Below are positions 38,010-47,285 of a stretch of DNA of 64,000 bases, piece by piece (position 1 is the first letter of the stretch; each line of letters starts with the position of its first letter). Location: positions 1 through 64,000 of the IMG/VR virus record IMGVR_UViG_3300022538_000960; one strand, 5' to 3'. A program made the position numbers and the translations under genes. This stretch comes from a virus. The notes under the pieces are model-generated. The model was not told the origin of the DNA. It worked only from the letters and a program-made list of their open reading frames with translations, and searched no databases.

Positions 38010-38047
38010 TGGTAATCGGGGGGTGAATTTCTCACCCCCCACTGCCA
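38010..38047 (+). terminator. GC-rich hairpin after the capsid gene (no U-tract; terminator or mRNA stabiliser)
   Basis: GGGGGTGA/TCACCCCC stem. Confidence 0.55.
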
Positions 38048-38063
38048 ACGACTGGAGGAAATC

Positions 38064-38531
38064 ATGGCAGAAGATGTGAAACTTCAAGGAAAATTTATTC
38101 AGCTCAATACTAGGAGAGAGGGAATGTTTTATGATCCCTTGTCGGGGATCCAGATGGATGTTTTTGACAAAGGAACATATAAGGTAATTCCTAAAGATTT
38201 GGAAGACGAAAAGCTGGAGAATATTAAACGGGCATTACAATTTGGTATTCTATTCCTCAAAGAAGTTGCTCCTAAAGTTGTTGTCGATAATGATCAAAAG
38301 ACGCAGCAACTAAGGAACATATTGGCAATGAATGTTGATGCAGTTAGGAGTAGAGTATATAAAGTTAATGATCAAAAACTTTTGGATTTTCTGATGCAGG
38401 AGGAAGAAGCTGGTAAAAACCGAGTTTCTATTATTAAACTAATAAAATATAGAAAACAATCATTGGCTAGTGGAAATATAACAGCCAGGAAGGAAGCAAA
38501 GTACCAGATTAAGAATATCGTGGAGAAATAA
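38064..38531 (+). CDS. Hypothetical head-associated protein
   Basis: SD GGAGG; E..GKNR.SII motif; directly follows the major capsid gene. Confidence 0.7.
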   Translation: MAEDVKLQGKFIQLNTRREGMFYDPLSGIQMDVFDKGTYKVIPKDLEDEKLENIKRALQFGILFLKEVAPKVVVDNDQKTQQLRNILAMNVDAVRSRVYKVNDQKLLDFLMQEEEAGKNRVSIIKLIKYRKQSLASGNITARKEAKYQIKNIVEK

Positions 38532-38536
38532 AAAAT

Positions 38537-39397
38537 ATGACTGAAGTATTATCCACTTCTCCGAGTGCTGGTGAAGTAAATGTACCATTAACTCAGATTG
38601 TCGAAGTGAAATTCGACGAACCTATGGATCCGTCAACTATAAATGAGTTGACGATCTTGCTATATTATGGGGATAATGTAGTTGTTTCTGGTACTGTCAA
38701 ATATTCAAACTCTACAATGATTGCGTATTTGACACCATCAACATACTTACTCCCAAGTACAGAATATGGCGTGATGGTAATTGGCGACTTTGGAGGATTG
38801 GGATCTGGTGTTAGATCAATAGAAGGGGTTGGATTAGCTTCTAATTATCTATTTTCATTCACCACCGCTCCCGAATTGCCGGAGACTTCTGGTCTGTATG
38901 TTGCAAAGGTTGAGTATTGGATTGATACGACTGGAGTATTTGATGCCGGATCATCCTGTAATCCAACTGATGGATCATATGATTCAGATTGGGAGAGCTT
39001 CTATGCGAATATTGATATTTCCCTATTAGCTACCGGCGATCACTCGGTCTATGTTCACGGAAAAGATTCATTCGATAATTGGGGAGCGATGCAATCAATT
39101 CCGTTTACTGTGACATCCGGAAGCTACCAAAGTAGTTATACTCAGATAGATTACGATCCCAATTATGAAGGACCATTTGTATTTGGATTGACTGTGACAC
39201 CAACTCCTACGGCCGGTGCACCCGCGCTCAATCTTGTTGGAACTGCGACTACAAGAACAGCCTATTGGGAATCCCCCGTGGAGCCAGAAACCGAGCGGAG
39301 TGGATATTTGCAAGTGCGATCTGTAAATCCTGAGAACTATGATTCCCAGGTTTCACCATATATTCCAATAACCATAATATTCAGCGATAATTTATAA
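38537..39397 (+). CDS. Ig-like (Big_5/SbsA) virion protein, N-terminal part of a split gene
   Basis: One complete Big_5 domain (VLSTSP...FDEPMDPSTI...FTT); the ORF ends partway into a second one (VRSVNP...IIFSDNL). Confidence 0.8.
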   Translation: MTEVLSTSPSAGEVNVPLTQIVEVKFDEPMDPSTINELTILLYYGDNVVVSGTVKYSNSTMIAYLTPSTYLLPSTEYGVMVIGDFGGLGSGVRSIEGVGLASNYLFSFTTAPELPETSGLYVAKVEYWIDTTGVFDAGSSCNPTDGSYDSDWESFYANIDISLLATGDHSVYVHGKDSFDNWGAMQSIPFTVTSGSYQSSYTQIDYDPNYEGPFVFGLTVTPTPTAGAPALNLVGTATTRTAYWESPVEPETERSGYLQVRSVNPENYDSQVSPYIPITIIFSDNL

Positions 39398-39438
39398 AGA
39401 TGATTATATGTGATCATTAAATATTAGGATAGCAGACT

Positions 39439-39795
39439 ATGGACAATGACACCAAATTAATACTTGATAGAATAGAGGATCTTAAAAGTTATACAGTTGA
39501 ACGGACAAATGATTTAAAAAAGTTTTACAATGGGAAAATTAATCAATTTAAAGAATTCTATACTGCATCTAGACTTGACATGAAGGAAGATATTGGGGAA
39601 ATAAAACAGAGCAATAAAGAAGTATCGGAAACACTGGATAATTATGTAACCAATCATCAGCGGCATCACAATAAAATCTTAAAGTGGCAGACTAAAATAA
39701 TAATAATTGTTGCAGTAATTGGATTTTTGGCCTCTATAGGGAATCCTTTCGTGCTACCAATAATTATGAAATTTATCTTCGGAATAACATTATAA
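39439..39795 (+). CDS. Coiled coil plus C-terminal TM protein (holin/XhlA-like architecture)
   Basis: Helical N-terminus; IIIIVAVIGFLASIG TM segment. Confidence 0.55.
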   Translation: MDNDTKLILDRIEDLKSYTVERTNDLKKFYNGKINQFKEFYTASRLDMKEDIGEIKQSNKEVSETLDNYVTNHQRHHNKILKWQTKIIIIVAVIGFLASIGNPFVLPIIMKFIFGITL

Positions 39796-40430
39796 TGTCC
39801 TTTCAAAAAGGAAATCAGATCTGGAAGTTAAAAAAGAGAATCGGATGCTGGTCAAGAAGATATGATTGCTGTCAAAAATGTGGGACTACCGAAATCAAAC
39901 ATTGGGCTAAAGGATTGTGCGAAAAATGTTATTTGAAATTAATGGCTCCACGTATGAAACAACAAAATTTGATAAATTCCAGGAAAAGAAATGAAACAGA
40001 TCATAGACGGCAATATATGAAAGACTATGAGCAGGATCCAAAAAATAGGGAAATTATAAAAAGTCGGCGGCAAAGTATAAAATATAGAAATAAAAGAAAA
40101 GAGTATGAACAATCGCCAATAGGAAAAGATCGCAATAGGCAAAATGCGAATCGATATAAAGCCGCAAAGTTATTTGTAGATTTCTGGCAGCCTTGGATGA
40201 CTGAAAGATGGTGGTGGATGATAGATGTAACAGAAGGATATTGTCCAAATTGTGGGAAGTTATTCGATGATGGCGGTCATAAATTGACAATGGATCATAT
40301 AATTCCATTAAATTTGGTGGACAAGTTAGGAAAAGATAAAGCTGTTGAAATTGGTGCAATTCACCACATAAATAATATTCAGGTGTTGTGCAAGAGTTGT
40401 AACAGTTCGAAAAATGGTAGAATAATATAA
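39795..40430 (+). CDS. HNH endonuclease (family B, copy 2)
   Basis: Close paralog of 21448: TEGYC..CG..LTMDHI.PL.LVDKLG..KA.EIGAIHHI.N.QVLCKSCNS.K. Confidence 0.88.
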   Translation: MSFQKGNQIWKLKKRIGCWSRRYDCCQKCGTTEIKHWAKGLCEKCYLKLMAPRMKQQNLINSRKRNETDHRRQYMKDYEQDPKNREIIKSRRQSIKYRNKRKEYEQSPIGKDRNRQNANRYKAAKLFVDFWQPWMTERWWWMIDVTEGYCPNCGKLFDDGGHKLTMDHIIPLNLVDKLGKDKAVEIGAIHHINNIQVLCKSCNSSKNGRII

Positions 40431-40435
40431 TCTCT

Positions 40436-41191
40436 ATGAACTATCAAGATTTCATTTTTATTCGCCAGTACAACGTTCTGGCTGGAATTTATGAGAGTGA
40501 TGTTTCTGGAACATTCACCCTCGCCGAAAATATTGTTACATTCACTCCGGCTTGTCCTTGGCCATATAATAAAGAAATCCACATCACTATTGAAGCCGGT
40601 CTAGAGGGAGTAAGTACGAATGCTCTGCAAGCTGACTATGAGAGCATCTTTACTACTGTGTTCTATCCGCTCTATTCCAGCGCCATACTTGTAAAGATGA
40701 CCGGGGGAGCATTATTGGATGCAATGAAAGAAGATCCGATTAATAGGCTGATACTCGAGCATTCGATTATAATGCAGAATCTGTGGTATGAAGATATTGA
40801 TGATTGTGATATCCGTTGGTTCATTCCTCGGTATGTCACCTGCAAAGTTGCATATGAGATATTATCCGGAAATATTCAGCAGTTTGTTGGAACTGCGATA
40901 TCAAAACGGCTGGGTGATTTTGAAATTGAAGGAATTCGGGATGTGCCAGGTCTTGTCCGACCCAAGTTGCAGGAATTAGACGCGTGTATCGCTTCGACCA
41001 TGGCTTTCATTTTGAATCAGGGCAAATTGCATGCTGAGCCAAGGTGGAGTGCCAGAGCAAAGCAGGCTCTGGAATCGTCCACACATCTCAATAGAGTTCC
41101 ATTTCGGCAGCCAAGTACGAGGGATATGGAAGATATTAGTTCAGAGAGGTATTACACGGATGGGCCTGGCCCAAAAAGGATCAGATTTTAA
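40436..41191 (+). CDS. C-terminal half of a Big_5 domain plus head-tail adaptor-like domain
   Basis: VSGTF...VTFTP...ITIEAGL...FTT, then YPLYS...YVTCK...SKRLGDFEI. Confidence 0.7.
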   Translation: MNYQDFIFIRQYNVLAGIYESDVSGTFTLAENIVTFTPACPWPYNKEIHITIEAGLEGVSTNALQADYESIFTTVFYPLYSSAILVKMTGGALLDAMKEDPINRLILEHSIIMQNLWYEDIDDCDIRWFIPRYVTCKVAYEILSGNIQQFVGTAISKRLGDFEIEGIRDVPGLVRPKLQELDACIASTMAFILNQGKLHAEPRWSARAKQALESSTHLNRVPFRQPSTRDMEDISSERYYTDGPGPKRIRF

Positions 41192-41201
41192 TGTATAAAA
41201 G

Positions 41202-41720
41202 GTGTCCATGATGACAAGATACAGTTCGCAATATCAACCATATAAGCGGTTCGGGCCGGGATTAATTGATTTGCGTGCAGAACTGAAAAAGCTATTTGAG
41301 ATTGATAAAACCGCTCATTGGGTAATTTTGCGACAATTTGACAAGACAAAACCAACTGAACATTTGAATCCATTGACAAAAGAGGCTGTTGGCGGCCCTG
41401 CGTGGGAGTATGACGATCAATTAATTCTTGCCAGGAGATCTTCGGGGAGACAAGTTTTTTTTCCGGGAAGTCAGGAGTCATTCACTCCACCCGGATTAAT
41501 GGATAATACTGAATTTAGATTTTATCTGACTTCTGATGTTACACCATACTTGGAAGATGTAATTTATGAAATAGAGTATCAGGGGGATAAAAAACCCACT
41601 ACTGTTGATTTGCCATTCGTAGCTAAATGGAATATTATAACTATAGTTCCCCTAAGAGAGCAGGAGTATGGGCGTGTAGAATATTGGATTTGTTTCGTGT
41701 CGGCAGAAGGGCACAAATAA
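41202..41720 (+). CDS. Head closure / neck protein
   Basis: IDLRAE, D.IYEI and GRVEYW; position in the neck module. Confidence 0.6.
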   Translation: MSMMTRYSSQYQPYKRFGPGLIDLRAELKKLFEIDKTAHWVILRQFDKTKPTEHLNPLTKEAVGGPAWEYDDQLILARRSSGRQVFFPGSQESFTPPGLMDNTEFRFYLTSDVTPYLEDVIYEIEYQGDKKPTTVDLPFVAKWNIITIVPLREQEYGRVEYWICFVSAEGHK

Positions 41721-41736
41721 TTGAACCCGATGAATT

Positions 41737-42426
41737 ATGAATTATGAAGAATATTTAAGACGATTTCTAATTAAACCGATTATCCTATCTGAAGTACCTG
41801 AATGGATCTCAGATAACATTATTGATCCGGAGAGATTGCGTTTAGGTCAATCTGGAAATATAGCTGATTTTTTTGCAATTTTTTATGCCATTATGAAATT
41901 GGATTCTCCGAGTATTGTGACATGTCCGGCATATCCTGATGCTGTCATACAAAATAAGAATTTTACTCCGACTTTGGATAATCCAGTTCCAAAAATACCT
42001 GCAATTATCACTTGGAAGGTTGTTCGAAGGGCTCCCGCTGCGATCCGGGGGAAGCCATTCAATTCGCAACGACAGGTGAAACCGCGGACAATGGAGGAGG
42101 TTGCAAAAAATAAGAGATATTCTTATATATCAACTATAGTTCAAGATTTTGATAACATTGTACAGTTTGATTGCTGGGAGAAAACTCATTATCAGGCTGA
42201 GATTTTGGCCGATTATATTGAACACAGTATGGTCATCTATGCTCAATTATTTAAAGAATTTGGAGTTAAGGAGCTGTTTTTCAGCGAAAGGCCGGAAGAC
42301 GAAGTACTGAGAGATTTTAAAATTCCAGTGATCCCGATGCGTTACTATGTAAAAACTGAAACCATATATAAATTAGAAAGACATAAAATAGAGGAAATAA
42401 GACTAAAATTAACTACAAAATCGTAA
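41737..42426 (+). CDS. Tail terminator / neck protein
   Basis: KPR..E, QDFDNIVQFDCW...AE.LA; precedes the sheath gene. Confidence 0.6.
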   Translation: MNYEEYLRRFLIKPIILSEVPEWISDNIIDPERLRLGQSGNIADFFAIFYAIMKLDSPSIVTCPAYPDAVIQNKNFTPTLDNPVPKIPAIITWKVVRRAPAAIRGKPFNSQRQVKPRTMEEVAKNKRYSYISTIVQDFDNIVQFDCWEKTHYQAEILADYIEHSMVIYAQLFKEFGVKELFFSERPEDEVLRDFKIPVIPMRYYVKTETIYKLERHKIEEIRLKLTTKS

Positions 42427-42444
42427 TTAAGGAGGTTTTGATTA

Positions 42445-45162
42445 ATGCCTTTTAACGATAGCTCACTGAATCGGATAGGTTCAAACCTGATCGATTTCAA
42501 TCTTCGAGTTACTGCTCAGGCTGATATTGGAAAGAGTTTGCTGATCATTGGCACGTCTAGTGATGGACCTGTTAATGTTCCGATTAGAATAACGGAAATA
42601 GGTGGACTAGGCGCGGCAGCCGAGGTGTTCGGCGATGTTAGCAAAGGTTCTCTCCTGCATACAGCCATGGAAGCTAATCGTGCGAACAGGCGCGCAAAAG
42701 ATATCCGTCTCATGAGAATTAGTAACGGCAATGAAGCACAATTGTGTTTCAAAGAAGTTGATATTTCTGGTGAGTACGGAATATCTCCTCCAGCGAAAAG
42801 TGTTGACGAGGAATCTTATTATTGCACACCAGCTCCGGCAGTTCAAATGCCGGATGTGTTCTGTTTGACTGCAAAATACCCGGGTCAGATTTATAATCAA
42901 GTTTCGGTCAGAGCTGAAACCGGTGATGGCGACCTACATCCTGCGTCTCAATATATTGTGATTTATAATCCGAAAACTGCGAAGGAGTCCTGGTTTTCTT
43001 TTAATTACACAGATTTTGACGCAATTGTTGATTGCCATACTGTTGAAGACCTAGCTGATGCCATTAATGCGGATTCGAATTTGAATAGCATAATTATAGC
43101 AACAGTTAAAGAATTGAACGCAATTTTTGAACTCACCGCTTCTGATCCAAATGATCCAGCAAATACCAGGTGTGACCGGGGTGTTTCATATGACAGCAAC
43201 GGATATTTGAAGATCCAACTTAGTGAAATAACTCCAGTGTTTTATAATGATAATGCGAACTGCTGCATATCGAATGTTACTACCACTGGTGGAACTTGTA
43301 ATGTGCCCACGGCTGGTGATTTGATTGTGCAATTCAATGAGCTTTATGAGGTTCGTGAATATAAAGAATCAAATAAGAAACTCAAAGGACTTACCAACTG
43401 CATTCTTGATCATATTCCTGTAAAAGGTGTTGCTACGATTCCAACGACTACTCTGATAAAATATCGAAGTTTCACCGATGCCGAGTATGCCACCCCGCAA
43501 CTGATCATGCATTACAGAGGAATTGTCATAGCAACCATAACCGATACCGGGACTTTGGCTTTTGAGTTTGCATCCGAGATTTGCCCCGATGATGGCTATG
43601 TGGATGATCTATACTGTTTAGCGACCGATAGTATGTATATGGCAAACTATGGCGCTATTGGTGCCCTTCGCTCTAATGTTCAATTGGATGCTCTTCAGAC
43701 TACGTTCCATTTGTATGGAACAAAAAGTAGTCTTAAATATGAAATTCCATCTGGCCATTATAGGTGCGAATATGTCCCTGGAACTGAAATAGTTACAGTG
43801 AGTTTCTGTTCTGGGGAGGTTTTGCCTGCAGTTGGAACCGTACTGAGCTGCGATTATGATTCTTGCATTGAGGATTTGTCGTCAGAGGCTGGAACTTTGA
43901 CCGCCTGTTTGAACAGTAATGACTGGCATACATGGTTTGTGAGTGGAAAGACACTAACATTTGGTAAATCTCTTCCTGGAAATGCATCCTTCAGATATAG
44001 ATATAAAAATAAATTGGAAGAGGGAGCTGATTTTGTCGTCACGAGTTCGACTGGAAGAAAAAATGATATTGTCCAATTCACAAGTCTTGAAACTCAGCCG
44101 GAATTGAGCGGAGCTATGGATACTTCTGGAGTATTGCTTGGATTTGATTATATTTATCTTCCAGAGTGGATATCAGATGGTGCGGTTAAAACACTTACTG
44201 GTGGCACGAATGGAATTGATATGAGCAACTATGAAAAGTATGAGATTTTGCGCGAAGCTCTTGAAGTTGTCCAAGATTATCCAGTGTCATACATAGTTTT
44301 AGCTGGAATATATTTTGATGATACCAAAATCGTGTATGATCCAGAAACCGGCATTCCGCTGGAAACCAATGCTGGATTTCATACATTGCTTCATAATCAT
44401 CTTGAGGAATTGACCGGTTCGACCAGTGAGACCACTGGAATCATGTCGGCTAAACCCGCTGATGGAAATACGCCGGCAGATGTCAGAGCTTGGGTTGAAA
44501 GACTCACAGTGACAGATGCCAGCGATCCGAATCGGGCAGCGAATATCTTATCAAGTTTCGGAAGCAAATATATGACCATTGTCGGTGGAGAATTAATTTT
44601 CTCTAATGAGGCGGCATATATTCCTTATGCAAATACTACTGAAGGTTTGTATGGGGGACTGCTTTCCGCACTGCCAATAAATACGTCTCCGAGTAATAAG
44701 ACAGTGTTTGGGGTGACGAATGTAAGATATCTGATGTCCGGTGGTGAAAATGGTCAATTGGATCGATTGACAAGACTCAGACTTGTGACTTTCAAGCAAA
44801 AGCAAGATGGTGATATTGCCGTTGTTTCCGGAGTTACTGCTGCTCCATCTGGAAGTGATTATCAACGAGAAATGACCAGGAATACTGTGTTTGAATCGAT
44901 GGCGCTAATCCGTGCAGTCTGTGAACCATTTTTGGGTGAAGGTAATAGTCCACAAATTCGAGCTGCTATGGAAACTGCCATCAATTCGGCGCTCCAGAAA
45001 TTGGTCGAAATGAATCCTCCGGCTCTTAGTGAATATGATTTTACTATAAGATCTACCGCTGCTGATCAAGTACTAGGAATTGTAAACATTGATCTCGTGC
45101 TCGTTCCTGTGTTCGAGCTCAGAGAGATTCGCGTAACTGTAAAGTTGCGAGCTGAATTATAA
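42445..45162 (+). CDS. Tail sheath protein (905 aa, large insertion domains)
   Basis: LIIGTSSDGPVNVP N-terminus, LTGGTNG, and C-terminal EPFLGEGN...LVPVFELREIRVTV. Confidence 0.92.
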   Translation: MPFNDSSLNRIGSNLIDFNLRVTAQADIGKSLLIIGTSSDGPVNVPIRITEIGGLGAAAEVFGDVSKGSLLHTAMEANRANRRAKDIRLMRISNGNEAQLCFKEVDISGEYGISPPAKSVDEESYYCTPAPAVQMPDVFCLTAKYPGQIYNQVSVRAETGDGDLHPASQYIVIYNPKTAKESWFSFNYTDFDAIVDCHTVEDLADAINADSNLNSIIIATVKELNAIFELTASDPNDPANTRCDRGVSYDSNGYLKIQLSEITPVFYNDNANCCISNVTTTGGTCNVPTAGDLIVQFNELYEVREYKESNKKLKGLTNCILDHIPVKGVATIPTTTLIKYRSFTDAEYATPQLIMHYRGIVIATITDTGTLAFEFASEICPDDGYVDDLYCLATDSMYMANYGAIGALRSNVQLDALQTTFHLYGTKSSLKYEIPSGHYRCEYVPGTEIVTVSFCSGEVLPAVGTVLSCDYDSCIEDLSSEAGTLTACLNSNDWHTWFVSGKTLTFGKSLPGNASFRYRYKNKLEEGADFVVTSSTGRKNDIVQFTSLETQPELSGAMDTSGVLLGFDYIYLPEWISDGAVKTLTGGTNGIDMSNYEKYEILREALEVVQDYPVSYIVLAGIYFDDTKIVYDPETGIPLETNAGFHTLLHNHLEELTGSTSETTGIMSAKPADGNTPADVRAWVERLTVTDASDPNRAANILSSFGSKYMTIVGGELIFSNEAAYIPYANTTEGLYGGLLSALPINTSPSNKTVFGVTNVRYLMSGGENGQLDRLTRLRLVTFKQKQDGDIAVVSGVTAAPSGSDYQREMTRNTVFESMALIRAVCEPFLGEGNSPQIRAAMETAINSALQKLVEMNPPALSEYDFTIRSTAADQVLGIVNIDLVLVPVFELREIRVTVKLRAEL

Positions 45163-45184
45163 TTCAAAAGGAGGTTAATAAATT

Positions 45185-45838
45185 ATGCCAGTTGGATTGG
45201 AAACTAGTTCAGTAACACGAACATATACGTCTTTTACGGGCGCGGATCTTAAAGCCATCTTCCATAACATCGTTATAGCTGAACTCATTGGTATTTCCTA
45301 TACTATTACCAGAGAAATTGCTCCTATCTATACTACAGGTTCTGCTGATCCGAGAAGTTTTAGCAAAGGCAAAAGAGGAATAGCTGGAACCATGGTAATG
45401 CACAATTTTGATAGGCACGCTTTGAGGAACATCATGGATAAGTCCACGTATGTAGCGAAGAATGACGACTTTCAAAGTGTAGGTTGGAAGCCAATAGATG
45501 AAATCAGTGGAATCGCTGGTGAAGGAAGATTAGGGGTCAGACTTGCAAATCCAATATATGTTGATCAGATTCCGCCATTTGATATTACAATTGCGTATGC
45601 GAATGAAACAGGACAAATGGCAACTGAGAGACTGATGGGGGTGCAAATTCTGAATGAAGGTCATGGGATCTCTATCGATGATCTAACAAATGAGACTAAT
45701 ATGACCTTTGTGTGCAGACATATTCAGGGTATGATCCCGGCGGAAACCATTAGCCCGTCAACTCAAGACCTGGAAAGACCTAACTATTCACCGTGGCGCA
45801 ACCTCGGAGGTGGAGCATTTACAGCCCCCGGTGAATAA
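45185..45838 (+). CDS. Tail tube protein
   Basis: Directly after the sheath gene; SFTGAD, ISYTITRE, GKRGIAG and DQIPPFDI. Confidence 0.8.
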   Translation: MPVGLETSSVTRTYTSFTGADLKAIFHNIVIAELIGISYTITREIAPIYTTGSADPRSFSKGKRGIAGTMVMHNFDRHALRNIMDKSTYVAKNDDFQSVGWKPIDEISGIAGEGRLGVRLANPIYVDQIPPFDITIAYANETGQMATERLMGVQILNEGHGISIDDLTNETNMTFVCRHIQGMIPAETISPSTQDLERPNYSPWRNLGGGAFTAPGE

Positions 45839-45841
45839 AGC

Positions 45842-45930
45842 ATTTATTTGGAGGAAAACTTCTTCATGGATCCTCCAGCCACGGTTGTGGGAGGGCCACT
45901 CCCCATGGTCCTCCTGCAGCCGAAATAAAT
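45842..45930 (+). promoter_or_regulatory. Structured intergenic RNA (three-way junction)
   Basis: ATTTATTT/AAATAAAT closing stem, TGGAGGA/TCCTCCA stem, and a 16-bp G-U-containing stem 45883-45898/45906-45921. Confidence 0.55.
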
Positions 45931-45932
45931 TT

Positions 45933-46121
45933 ATGAAAAAAATCATTGAATATACGTACGATGAGGAATCGGACGTTATGTATATATCCTTTGGTAAACC
46001 CAAACCTGCCGTTTGTCATGAAGTAGAAGAAGGGATGCTGCTTCGTAAAGATGCTGGTACGGGAATGTGGTGTGGTTTGACTATAATAAATTTTAGTAAG
46101 CGGTGTAATAAAGAAAAATGA
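45933..46121 (+). CDS. DUF2283-family protein, copy 1
   Basis: YDEESDVMYISF...EVEEG.LLR.D..TG...GLTIINFSKR. Confidence 0.75.
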   Translation: MKKIIEYTYDEESDVMYISFGKPKPAVCHEVEEGMLLRKDAGTGMWCGLTIINFSKRCNKEK

Positions 46122-46297
46122 TTACATGGAATTACGATAAGAAAGCTGATGTAATGTATATCACTTTCGGTAAACGACAAAAAGACAATATTGATCACCA
46201 AGTTGAAGGGGGTATATACCTCAGCAAAAGCATAAATAATAAAAAGTGGTGTGGTCTAACAATTGTTGATTTCAGCAAGCGATGTAATTCGACATGA
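46118..46297 (+). CDS. DUF2283-family protein, copy 2 (59 aa, not in ORF track)
   Basis: MITWNYDKKADVMYITFGK...WCGLTIVDFSKRCNST; ATGA overlaps on both sides. Confidence 0.75.
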   Translation: MITWNYDKKADVMYITFGKRQKDNIDHQVEGGIYLSKSINNKKWCGLTIVDFSKRCNST

Positions 46298-47172
46298 AAA
46301 TACAACATAGACAATATGGGAAGGTGGGAAATCTGCGGCCTGCGGCGTATGATTCTCCACAGTCTATAACCACATTCACTGGGGCTGATATTACAGCTGT
46401 CGCCTATATTCATGATCAGCTTAAAGTGTTGGGTGAATTACAGACGATCTCCTATTCGATTCATCGTGAGAAAAGTGCAGTCATGCTTTTAGGGAGAATA
46501 GATCCTCCATGTTTTACTCGTGGTCCTCGGACGGTGGCCGGATCATTAATCTTTACAGTTTTTGATCGGGAAGTATTGGAAGAACTTCTTAATACATATC
46601 CGGACGATACCGTTGATAATGATTTCAGTACGCTCCTATTGGATCAGATTCCCCCATTTGATGTAACAATTTCGTTTATGAATGAGGATGGGTATCTATC
46701 CTCTATGGTTATCTACGGACTTGAAATTGTTGATGATGGGCAGGTTATGTCGATCAATGATATGATCATAGAAAATGTTAAAGCATATAAGGCTCGCGGA
46801 ATCGACCTGATGTATAAGAAATCTGGTGGAGTCTGGACTCCAGCTAGAAAATTTAATCCATCTGCTCGATTCGAATCTCTGAATCCAATGAAAGTTAGGA
46901 ATATTGAGGGGGATTATATAAAATATGTTGAAGAATTGGATGGTCAAATCGATGTTCTATACGCGCAAATAGTGGTTCTTAGTTCCGAGAATACTAGACT
47001 TGAGCTTACGGGCGGAAGCCAAAATGATATGGATGCAAATGAATTGGAAATTGTGAAATTGGAGGCACAAATTGAAAATTTGAGAAGAGAAAAGAGAACC
47101 ATAGAAGTTAAACTTGGAATTGAGGAAAGAAGGAAGGATTTAGGTTTATTGGGAACGAGCTGGGTTTCATAA
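46294..47172 (+). CDS. Tail tube-like protein 2 with C-terminal coiled coil
   Basis: TFTGAD, LQTISYSIHRE, GPRTVAGSLIF and DQIPPFDV; paralog of 45185. Confidence 0.75.
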   Translation: MKIQHRQYGKVGNLRPAAYDSPQSITTFTGADITAVAYIHDQLKVLGELQTISYSIHREKSAVMLLGRIDPPCFTRGPRTVAGSLIFTVFDREVLEELLNTYPDDTVDNDFSTLLLDQIPPFDVTISFMNEDGYLSSMVIYGLEIVDDGQVMSINDMIIENVKAYKARGIDLMYKKSGGVWTPARKFNPSARFESLNPMKVRNIEGDYIKYVEELDGQIDVLYAQIVVLSSENTRLELTGGSQNDMDANELEIVKLEAQIENLRREKRTIEVKLGIEERRKDLGLLGTSWVS

Positions 47173-47205
47173 GTTCCTATCTTACTCATATTCAATAACT
47201 TATCG

Positions 47206-47238
47206 GGCGGATATAAATTTTAATATCCGCCATTTTTT
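47206..47238 (+). terminator. Rho-independent terminator
   Basis: GGCGGATAT/ATATCCGCC stem followed by T6. Confidence 0.8.
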
Positions 47239-47254
47239 GTGGGAAAATTGGGAA

Positions 47255-47267
47255 TTTGAGCTATAAC
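47255..47267 (+). promoter_or_regulatory. Putative promoter motif TTTGAGCTATAAC
   Basis: Immediately after the terminator and before the SD of 47286. Confidence 0.6.
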
Positions 47268-47285
47268 ATTCGATAGGAGCAAATT

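Noticed and set aside
39398-40435. Group I intron explaining the split Ig-domain gene
   Set aside because: The insert is almost fully occupied by two ORFs and no P7 or other core elements were recognisable. It is kept only as a gene-splitting insertion.
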